From: Ptychomitrium polyphyllum
Taxonomy: Eukaryota
NCBI GenBank assembly: GCA_973851085.1
Contig: OZ316775.1
Location: forward strand, 4,960,001-5,024,000
Length of the DNA stretch: 64,000 bases
Direction: 5' to 3'
Part shown: piece by piece, positions 25,199-35,779 of the stretch
Layout: each line of letters starts with the position of its first letter
Numbering within the stretch: position 1 is the stretch's first letter
The notes under the pieces: generated by a model
The model's database searches: none
The model's input: only the letters and a program-made list of their open reading frames with translations
What the model was told of the DNA's origin: nothing
Made by a program: the position numbers and the translations under genes

Positions 25199-27021
25199 AT
25201 GGACGAGGTCAAGTTACTTGAGGTGCCAGATGGGCGGCAGATTTCATTCCGCGAACTAGGCCTCAATAAGCAAAATGCCACGCGAAGCTTACTCGTCTTA
25301 CATGGCCTTGGCTCATCACGCATAGCCAGCATGCCAGGTGCAATCACAGACTCATTGCAGGTCTTGGATATTGCTTCAGAAGAGTGAAGTAGGCTTTTTA
25401 AGATTCTCCGGTTTATCTGTAGTTCCTTTTCGATCACCTCTAAGAAGCAATATCATCGTACCTTGTGACATGTACACATTCAGAATGATTTTGCTCGTGC
25501 TGGACATTTCTCGGTGCAGGAGTCTCCGAGGACCTGCTCAAGGAGATGGGCGTTAGGTTGATTGCCATTGATAGGCCTGGCTATGGCTTAAGCACCCCGA
25601 ATCCGCAACAATCATTCAAAACAGTCGCTTCCGACATAGCCAGCATTGCTGACATTTTGGAACTTGGGGAGAAGATATGGCTTCTGGGCTATTCCTGTGG
25701 AGGCGCGTATACCTGGGGAGCTGCACGTTATATTCCCGAGCGGATTGCTGGCATTGCCATGTGGGCACCTGTGGGGAGTTATTGGTGGAAGGTATTTATT
25801 ACTGTGTTATTCACATCGTTACACTATCAATCAATTACTATGCAGCCACATTAGTTATGGTGCGTTTTAGTTACGCAATGCCGTTCATTTTGAGCTTCGA
25901 GGACATTTCCAGAGGGAGAGTTGGTTTTTGAGTGTCTTGATTACACAGGATTTCACTAATCTCGAACGGAAGACGGCGCTGGCGGAGCTATCAGGAAGAA
26001 CGAGACTGATGTTTCTAGTGATGAGGAACGCGCCAGAGTGGATGATACATGCTTATGTACACTTTATGGTCGTCAAACAAGCGGGAGCAGCGTGGATTGA
26101 AGATTGTAAGAAACAAATGTCTCCTCCTGATCTACGCAACCCTGTTCTTGTAAATGGTCTAATGTACAGGTAATTTCCAGCATTTCTACCAAGTTGACGA
26201 GATGTCCGCTTTTCAGTTTTTTGAATTGCTTGTCACGTATTTGAAATTGCATCAGTTCTGGGATTGTTTTATACATGTTGTGTGCTTGAATTGTAGGGAT
26301 AGTATCGAGGCAATGAAGCAGAATGGCTTTGGCATAGCTCAAGACTTGCAACTAATAACTGGCAACTGGGGATTTGAGTTCTCGGAGATCCCGTCGGTGT
26401 ACCATGGACCCTGGCACATTTGGCAAGGAAGTGAAGATTGGATGGTTTCTCCCTCTTTGCAGCGGCTTGTAAAGAAAAAAGTAAGTCTTGACCTAATCTT
26501 CCTGAAGCACTTTATACAAGTATTTTTATTCTGTGGGAGAAGCTCAAGTTGCAGACTGTGTATTTCCAGGTCAGTACGATAATTGATCAAGGGAGTCGCT
26601 TAATGTCTTCTATGAACTTTTCTTTTGCATTTTCATCTGTGAATTCAGAGTTGACGTACATATATGTTTGGTGGTATGTCGATGGAAGGTTCCTGAGTTG
26701 GTGCACCTGCATGAGCTTCCTGGAGAGGGTCATCTGTCTCCCTTCTGCCACAATGACAAGGGACATAGGGACACGCTGTCAGCTTTGTTCGGCACTATGC
26801 ATGATATAAAGCACGAGGTCTGTCAAGAGGATGCTGACAAGGCTCTGAAACCCTCGTCGGATACACAAGCATTTGAAGTTGAAGAAGATGAGATTGCGAA
26901 GGTTGAGCCTCTTATTAGAAGAGTTGTGGAGACTGCACTGGACGGTGACACAACTGTACCTTCAAAGCAGCAACAATCAGCGGAGCTCTTAAACGATGTT
27001 GCAAAAGGGGCGAAACTGTAG
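25199..27021 (+). CDS. Alpha/beta-hydrolase family protein (abhydrolase_1), 5 coding exons
   Basis: Exons 25199-25337, 25520-25791, 25949-26169, 26297-26480 and 26689-27021. Motifs: PDGRQISFRE, LVLHGLGSSR, LIAIDRPGYGLS, nucleophile elbow GYSCGG, HIWQGSEDWMV (acid) and ELPGEGHLS (His). Confidence 0.9.
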
Positions 27022-27075
27022 TTTCTTGATGCGACAAAAGAGATGCAGGAATTGCTGACGCTCTCTCCATTGCAT

Positions 27076-27380
27076 CTACAGTGCATCAAAAACCACACGA
27101 CCAAGAACAAAACCAAGGTTAGGATTCTCTGGAGTCTTAATTTCCAGGGGCCATTGGCATCCGAGGTCTGCCAGCGAGAAAACTTCCATTTTGTACACTT
27201 TTGCAACATAATCAAACTTATCATCTCCAAAAGTCGAGGTTTCGTAGATGTCGGCTTGGCCTCCTTCAGCAATCAGTTGCCCCAACTTCAACCCAAGTCA
27301 ACACAATTCAACACAAGTCGACGACTAAACATTTCTGAAATAATGAAAAAGTTATTTGCAGAACTCGTACTGAACCCATA
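27076..27380 (-). pseudogene. Truncated protein-kinase fragment (subdomains I-II)
   Basis: LKLGQLIAEGGQADIYE...DYVAKVYK supplies a Gly-loop variant and the VAK lysine. A stop follows at 27076, the upstream frame is broken, and no HRD or DFG motif is visible. Confidence 0.6.
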
Positions 27381-28840
27381 AGACGAAAAAAAAATCTTAT
27401 CTAATTTCAGGTAATCAACTAGAATTACATAATTGACCTTCAAGTGCTAGAGATCTAGCCTGCAATTCAAGGCAGCCCAGAATACAGCAACTATACGTGT
27501 CGGTAATGAGAAGTAACTGACGCTTCACAATTGATTGAGGTCTACCATTTGGCTGACCAGTTCACAAGCTTCGGGACAAGCTCATCATGCAGCACTCAGC
27601 GTCTCAGAAATGATTGTAAGCTCAAATTGGCATCCCCTTGAACCCGAATAATTTCTCCAGCCCCATGCAAGAGAAGTGGCAGCACCCAGACGTGGAAGCC
27701 TTGAGAAAGTTCGAGCACGTTGGACCAGAGAGGATTTGCTGTGGAGAAAAGGGATTTGTCTGCACAGCAAACCTCTGGGCAGTTGACTACCCATCATTTC
27801 CGATGAGTGTGCATTCTGAGATTCTGGGCTAAAATCAGGTGGTGCTCCATCATCCTATTATTATATAAAGCATCCTTTATTTACAGGGTTATCGAGGACC
27901 GGTATACTAATTTGGGTCCCATCCATGTGTGTCAATCTGCAAAGGTACTGTTGGGAGGATGGGGTAAACATACTGAATTCCGAATTAAAAATTTGATAAT
28001 TGGTGAGCCAGGTGTGTTTCACTTTCTTTCGCTTGAAACGTGCCTAGTAAACGACGCACCAGCACTTCTCGCGTCGATGTTAACGCTATATAAGGGATTG
28101 AATTATTTTTCCTCAAATAGTCTAGATATATCCGGATCAGAAAGAATATGCCAGCCACATACTTGAATTCCATTCTCCTATCGTACTTGACGAAAGGCAA
28201 AGTTTTGCAAGGTGAATTTTCCAAGATGCAATATGTTTATTTAGAAGCTAGCATCCGCATTCAATAACAATCGCCTGAAGATATGGTTCAGGTAGATAAA
28301 TGGCCTCGTTTGAAAATCAAAGCTCCTTGAGAAAGAAAGGGAGAGAACAAGCCATGTGATCGGTGTAAGCACGGACACATGCAATTCTTTGTCACTACAT
28401 CTGGTCAGGTTGGTGCAATCGAACTTCCATGCATCAAAGGAGTAGAAAAAAGATGTAGCCCGGGCTGAAACGACCAAGAGGCCACTGCAGAATTGTCACT
28501 TCAAACCGTCAGTGGTAACGATCCATATTCAAATGATGCAACACAGTCGATTTACATTTACCTTAATCCATAATCCAGTCACTCAAACCAGTAATTTCAC
28601 CTATTCTCTACCCTATAAATTTTTAAAGATAATTTTATCAACCGTTTACCCTAACAGTATTTATGATGTTGACGCCATCGACTTTGCACACACTACTTAT
28701 ACAAGGGCATGGTTACCTGCAAAGTCAAGGGTCTTGAGGCATCCCAAAACTGGCTATCTGAAATGGGCTGTAAGAACAAATATCTGTCGCAGCATGTACA
28801 TATTCTCTCCGCAGAGCCCAGATGATTAAAATACACTAGA

Positions 28841-31800
28841 TCAATGACTCCAAAGACAACGTCGCAACGATGTTGACAGTAGAGCAACCTGTTCCGGGTG
28901 TTGTAAGATAACACAAAGTCCTGCACATGCTGCAGTTGCACTCACAACAGCAAACGAAAGCCTGTAGGGGCTCCAAACCCACGGAGAACGACCCGTTTTT
29001 AAGCCTCGTTGTGGCAGTAGAGATGTTGTTATTAAATCCTCACTGCTACTGTTGCAAACTATGATGTGTGCATGCTTCTCCTCATCTGTCTGGCCACAAA
29101 ACGCACCACATGGGACGTGAATTAAGTAACCAAAATTACATTTAACGCATGTAAAACGACTTTGCGATTGTTCCCACAACTACAAAGCTCTTACATCTGT
29201 GGCTTCTTTCTTCATACCAACGGGGAAAGAAATAACTTCTGAAGGCATCATTGCAAATAAACTTGACTAGAAGCTGTTGCTCGTCAGCAAGAAATTCAAG
29301 ATCAAGTTGTAGCCCTTTCCTCAACTCCAAAAATGAACTGAGACAGAATGACAAACGACAAACCTCGCCTTGAGCTAACGATGGTATGAGATGACTTCGG
29401 CTCAATTCTGGTGCCGCAAATGATAGTGGTTTGTAGGCTTGGTATTCATATCCAGTGCTTCCAATCTTGATGTTTTTCCAGTCAAGAGGGAAAATGTCAG
29501 CAGCTCCAACTAGTTTGTGCAACACACCTCTTCTCTTAGCTGCTTCCAATATGCGTTCAGCGACTCGTTCCCATCCTTTCACATTTGCATAACAAAGCAG
29601 CGATTGCAGACGACGAACTAAAACATATGAATCAAAAGTGGTCTCCTTTAACATCCAACCAAGATCATAGAGCAGGTCTTGCGCTTCACAGCTACAGGTA
29701 AATAACTCCAGGCTTTCCACCTCGTTGCAAAATTCTGCATCCCCAACTAGCACAACCATTGTGTTGCTGGGTCTTCCCTCGTTCTCAACCTGGAATAGAC
29801 AAGTCCCGGTTCATGAGGTTCATCTGGCATGTTGATAGGTATTTTGCAGCACATTAATAAGATCAACGATCTAGAGCTTTTTTCTCAGAGACAAAGCAAT
29901 CCTCAACAAAACTAAGTCAAAACAAGCAAGCAAACCAAAAGTAAGCTATATGATCGATCGAACCCACGCGCTCTGCATTAAAAAAACCCATAAGTATTTC
30001 TTAACGACAACATGAACATAGACATACAATGATAATTTGGCTAAGCCAAATGATACCTCAATGAAAACGGGCCCAGCCTGACACTTTTCTAGAGGCGGAA
30101 CAACGATCTGCCACTTATCTTCCTGCTTATTCTCAGAACTTGCTTTCCATACCCAAGCATCGATATACTTTCCCCCGTGAGACATCAACAACCTGCATAT
30201 ACATTGATTGCATGAGATACAACGACAATGATAAGGCACTTGGGGATAATATAAATTACATTGCAGAGGACCCTCTCCAATAGTTGTAATGCAAATGAGT
30301 ACACACAAATCATGAACTGCTAAGATTGCTAGAAAAGCCAACAATGAACACTTGATCGATACAATACGGTATGCAACAACCAAAAGAAAGACAAGCACGT
30401 AAAAAATTACTTCGTATTATTTTGTAGCAAGTTGCGGCCAGTAATGCCTAGCACACAACCTGTACCAGCCCGGAAACAAACAGGCTCAACAGACTGCAAG
30501 ACAGGCATGCACGGCATGCAATCCTCTTTTCCGCCACTCTTGATCACCACCTTCCCTGTTCCCAAAAGCAACCATTTCAACACTACTTGTACACCAATTT
30601 GCATATAAATATATGAAGACAACTAAACTACCACCAACTTCTACAAAACACCAGACGAGCAATGCAATGATATGCCATGTGCCCTTTATAGATCCGTAAT
30701 AAAAATGTGCTTATAGAAGCTCAAATTTCCATTAAAATTTCTCAAGGTAACATGAAGACTTGCCATTTTCAACGTGTACTGTCTGCCGACCAAGTTTAGC
30801 CTTGAAGTATCCCTTTTCCCAGAAGCCGGATTTGTTGAGAGGACTACGGACAAGCCTTGCGACGGCCCCTTCCCAATCTGCATTAAGCTGCAAACATAGA
30901 CAATCACTACATTAATTCCTCTAATAATCTCATGAATCGAACCCACAAAAATATTTAAAGTTCAAAGGGAAATACGATGCCAGAAACAGTCGAAATAAAA
31001 TTGCTCAGAAGCACCATGTATGGTTAAATGAACAAAAGCTTCCAAACAAGATCAATGTCGATTACCTCTTCCCACATAGACTGAGGCATGGAAATAAAAA
31101 GAGTAAGGATGGTGCAGCCAGAGCGTATATAACCTTCAAGATCCACAGGCATATTTGATAACCACTCCAAAATCTGCAGTAAAATTATCCACAGTGTCAA
31201 CTCATCACAAAGATGCCAGCATCAGGTCTATATTTCTAATCTTGCAAAACCTTACCAAGTGCGCCGATCACAAGTGCCATGAGTTCAAATAAAGTTGAGC
31301 ATAAACAAAAACTATTGAATGCTCTAATCAGTCATACGATAAATCTATGGAACTATTTAAATGTATTTATATATATGGAAACAGTATGGAAATCATACCT
31401 GTTGCCTTATATTTCGAGGAAAATCTCCTGGATTCCAATCATACAACTTGAAGGATATCCGGCCGGTTGGACACTGGAAAAGAAGAGACCACCTAGTGTC
31501 ATACAAACTGGTATTTAAATCCAACTGATAACAATTACCATGTACAAGCATTCGTGACGGATCTTGTGAAGGATCAAGATACATGCAGTACAAAGATGTC
31601 AAGACAATTGTATAAATTCGTGGAAGTGTGAAAAGACATAAATTTTCAAAAAGCAAAAAATGGTACCAACCGTAGATGCGTATGCACTTGGCTTGTTGGC
31701 TTCAAGGAACCTTGACGGGACAGGCGATGCCGACTCAAAACCATGCGAAGATAAGCTCTCATCAAGATTTGAAGAGTCTTCCATTAACAATGCCAGCAAA

Positions 31801-33975
31801 GAATCTTCATCAATTCCACTCCTGTGCCCATTAAAAGCAGGAACAGGAACAGGCTCCGCAGGAACAGGAACGTCAATGCCAGGCGTATCATGTTGCCTGG
31901 TCGTTGGTGCAGAAAGAGATTCTTGTGCTCCTGCAATAATTACAAAATAGATCAAGAGCTGTAATCTATGTAGGAGGAAAAAAACATGTCTCTACAAACA
32001 ACTCACAGAGTACAAAACTATCCCAACATCCAGGATCTAAACAAATTACCAACAGAACCCAATCATCAATGATCGATCGAAAATGGGTCAATATTTAAAA
32101 AATCGCTATAAACTGCACACCTAAATGCTAACAGTCGTCTGAGGATCCTATATGATACCTAGCTACCTTCTGACAAGTTCAAATAGTGAATCTAGACCAA
32201 CATGAAAAAGAAAGAATAAATGGAAATTTATTATGACGTCGGAACAGTGGATACAAGACCCACTTTGTAGGTCTCGGTAAAATTAGCGTTACCATCGGAC
32301 TTAGATTCAGAACCATCAACCACCCCAGCAGAAAGAATCTGTGTGGTGTCCGTTGTATCAGATTGTTCAACAGGAGAAGAAACCTCCTTCGAAACCTGCA
32401 AGATAACACTTTGCTCCACTTCTGCCTGAACTTTATTTTCAACTGCGGAGGTCTCTTCGCCGTTCACCCTCCCCTCACCTAGAAACAGAGAAGATTAAAC
32501 AACAAAACCATCAATGTACAGTAAAGCAGATCCTGCTTTAAAGCTGAGCCTCTCAAAGAAGAACAATACTCAGTAATACAAACTAGAAACTTCTCTTTAA
32601 ACATTCTGCAATATTCTTTTATTACTAGGAAAACTTAGCCTGAAGGCTTAGATACACAAATCACCGACATGTGCACAAGAAAGAAATTGGATCAACCCAA
32701 GTGCAAGATGATGAACGAAAACACAAGACTAATGCAAGGTCATAGGGGTACACAAAAACTTTATGCATACCAATGATAAGGCTGGCTTTGTCATTTTCAC
32801 CAGCTGGAGTGGTAGCATCTTCTCCAGATTCTTGCACCTTCCTACGGCGCCTATTATTATGGCGTTGTAGCTTAAATCGACAGCTCCGTTTGTCCTCATC
32901 GAAATCACCCAACGCGTGGAACCTGTTTGATCGATTATTGTGTGAGAGATGTTTATAATAACAACACAAGAGGTGATTATTACCCCCATCAAGACATAGA
33001 ACTGTACATTGCAAAGCACTTTAACTTAAAGACAGATCATAAAGCATTGTAATACTCAGAATATATACTACAGCTCCAACTTTAAAAATAAAAAGCTACT
33101 GACAAGGCTTGCATTCCACATCAGTCCCAGCTGCCTCAAATCAAAGAATTAAAAAACTTCATTATTAAATCACAACCAATGAATCGCAATGATAATCATG
33201 GTCTCTGTGATTGACCGGGAACGATTTCACATGATTCCGTTCGTCAAAGAAGAGAAGACTCAAAATATACTGCACAAGTCCTTTGCTTAGTTGGATTCCG
33301 CAATGACAGATGCCTCCTAGCAAGCTCAATTCAAGAGCAGTTATGTTGAACATCAGATGTAATGGTTCTATACTAAACTTTGACCTGTAAATTTCCTCAC
33401 TCAAGATACCACCAGCAAAGCTTGGATTCAAACGAACATCATACTTACTTGCCACACTGTTGACAATATCGATGGGCGATGTCACGCAAAATCACTGTAG
33501 TCGAATTTGCACATTGTAAACAAACCCGGTGCCGCTGATGATAACCCTTAAGTCGAGCCAAATCAGCTCCACAAGCAGGAACTTGACAACGGGCGGACAT
33601 CTTAGCCCTCTTGCTCCGGCTTCCTCCCTCGTCATCATCCTCATCGGTACACGCACAAGGAACTCTCCCAGCAAGAAAATTCGGGCAATCAAGCCGCGGG
33701 TCTCGAAATAGTTCATAATCTGAGTTCGTTGTCTTCTCAATTGACGAGCTCGATTGCGGCCCAGCAGCTGCTTTCCCATCCGAAAGGCTCGGAGAGTTTG
33801 TCTGGAGACTTTCCAACCCGGTCCATGACTGCCCTACGTCAAAATTTGTCCCATGCTCAAGACTGGAGTGCTCCTGAAGCGAGGATTGCAAAGGAGTCGT
33901 GTCAAACGCAGGGTTCGCCAGAAGGAGCACACTATCCCATTCCCAACCTGCCACGGAATCACCCAAATGTCCCAT
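28841..33975 (-). CDS. SPL7: SBP-box transcription factor, SPL7/CRR1-type (copper homeostasis clade) with a C-terminal transmembrane anchor, ~11 exons
   Basis: Exons ~33975-33449, 32922-32771, 32478-32264, 31930-31671, 31473-31399, 31173-31066, 30887-30764, 30555-30411, 30192-30057, 29789-29364 and 29089-28841. It has the RDPRLDCPNFLAGRVPCAC motif and an SBP domain whose first Zn site is C4 (CQVPAC...HRVCLQC), followed by YCQQCGKFH..DFDEDKRSCRFKLQRHNNRRRR. Further on come TGRISFKLYDWNPGDFPR, LEGYIRSGCTILT and a TM segment (FAVVSATAACAGLCVILQHP). Confidence 0.9.
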
Positions 33976-34573
33976 GTCTTCGCAGCCGCATAGAGACCTT
34001 CCACCCGACTGTCCTAAAACCAAACCCTCTCTCGAACCTCGCGTGCACCTAAACTACCAAACTACCGCTAACCACTCGAACATCAAATTCCCACCATCAC
34101 TAAAACCAGGGGACAAACAGTATCCACACAGCATCTACTCCAGCACACGACCACCGCCCCTTCAAAACGGAGACGAAACACCGGCCGACACCAAATACAG
34201 ATACGCCACATCACCGCAACAGATTCCAACACAATCCCAGAACCAAATTCGACCAAAACCCAAGCCTATGCCAGATTCCCCAGAATTCTCGCAGACAACA
34301 ATCTACTAACAGAGCTGACGCTTCAGTCAAAAACACCAAACTACGCCACGAAATCCCCGAAACGCCCGAAGTGCGCGAAGCGCCCGAATTCCATCACGAA
34401 CTCCACCGCGAACACAACTCCAGAGCAAACCCTAGGCAAGATTCCGAAGAAATGCAGGGAATCTCCACGGAAACATATGACAAATGACGCATTGGAAGCG
34501 GCAGACGGCGGACGGTGAGAGCGACGCGAGACAGCGAAGGGCCGGGGGAGCTAGTAAGGCCCGGAAGCGTCCG

Positions 34574-34628
34574 TCATCGCCAGCGCCAGCGCCATCGCCA
34601 TCGCCATAGCCAGCGCCTTCATCGCCAT
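34574..34628 (-). repeat. (GGCGAT/GGCGCT)n hexamer repeat in the putative SPL7 5' leader
   Basis: catcgccagcgccagcgccatcgccatcgccatagccagcgcc on the + strand. Similar GGCGAT runs occur near the 5' ends of UVSSA (20050-20072) and Twinkle (~12142-12160). Confidence 0.7.
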
Positions 34629-35239
34629 AAGCCTGCGACACCAAATTCCCTTGCGTGCCCTCTTCGCCCCCCTTCGCTGCGCATCCCGGCCTCGCCCCCT
34701 CTGTCCATCTTCTGGATGCCTTTCATCCCTCTGTGCTGTCGGACTCCGGACATCCCTGCTCTCCAGGCTCCCACTTTTCGTCCACCTCGGGGATGCGTTT
34801 CGTTCGTTTTTGTGGTTTGGCTTGATTCGATTCGTGACCAGGTTTAGGCGATGTATGTTCCTGCCCGTTACTGCACACATATCCGGCAGATTTCTCGGTG
34901 TCAAATGTTCGCCTCCTTTAGATAGTGCTAGTTGCGGGTACGTGTTCCCTGTGAGTGGTGACCTTGACGGTGTGAGGTGCCTGGATTGTGGTTGGTTGTG
35001 GGGTTGTTCCCTGTGACTCTTCGAGGGGCTGCCTAGTGGCTTCATGCCTAGTAGCCCTTCAGCCATTAAAAAAAATCATGGAGGAAGAGAAAGTATTAGA
35101 GTTCTTCATTAATCCCCTTACAGTGAAAGTTTTGTAAAACACACTTTTAAACTCATTTTGTCACAAGTAGTAGTAAAGTCGAGTTTCAAAGAATGTGTTT
35201 GATTAGTCAATGATGAGCATTTGCAATGTTGGAGTGTGG

Positions 35240-35774
35240 TGTCACGCACATAAATCATGCAACATAGTCTTTAGAACTTTCTAGTATATTATAGTAGTTT
35301 CTTAAAATACTTTCAATGTTTTCATAACCGTTTCCATGTCTTTGGAAAATTTCCTAAGAAAATTCCACCATCTTAGGAAATTTCTTCGGAAGGTTCTATT
35401 TCTTTAGAAAACTTCCTAAAAAGATTCCACCACCTTAGGAAGTTATCAAAGAAGGTTCCAATCCCTTGGAAGTTTCTTAGGAAGGTTCCAACATTTTGGA
35501 AAATTTCTTGGGAAGGTTCCATAGACTTCTAAAACATTTTTAAGCCTTGTAGAAAGCTTCTTTAGAAGTATCCTATAAGATACAAACGTCATAGTATAAA
35601 TAAGAGGCAAAAAAAGTATTCCTTAGTCTTGCCAATACAAGTTGTGGATCATGTTGTATCCTGCCTTGTTCTAGTCTTTGTATCAAGTTCTTGTTAATCA
35701 TTAGTTCTTTGGAAGCTAGTTTTTGAGAAACACTTCGATTCTACTTCTTGTTTCTTGTGTCCCTAATATGTGAT
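35240..35774 (+). mobile_element. Probable degenerate solo LTR of an LTR retrotransposon
   Basis: Starts TGTCAC (35240) and ends in a degenerate GTGAT (35770-35774). Flanks TGTGG / TGTAG match 4 of 5 as a target-site duplication. It contains a tandem array and a TATAAATA at ~35596 in a U3-like position. No gag-pol sequence is seen. Confidence 0.45.
35342..35526 (+). repeat. ~31-bp tandem repeat, 6 copies
   Basis: Units: ttggaaaatttcctaagaaaattccaccatc / ttaggaaatttcttcggaaggttctatttct / ttagaaaacttcctaaaaagattccaccacc / ttaggaagttatcaaagaaggttccaatccc / ttggaagtttcttaggaaggttccaacatt / ttggaaaatttcttgggaaggttccatagac. Confidence 0.85.
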
Positions 35775-35779
35775 TGTAG

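Noticed and set aside
33899..35066. Several 100-170 aa ORFs upstream of SPL7
   Set aside because: These are low-complexity translations of a GC-rich 5' leader, intron and promoter with hexamer repeats; no domains.
35342..35526. Array of ~31-bp repeats as a CRISPR array
   Set aside because: Units are contiguous and degenerate with no unique spacers, there are no cas genes, and the context is eukaryotic.
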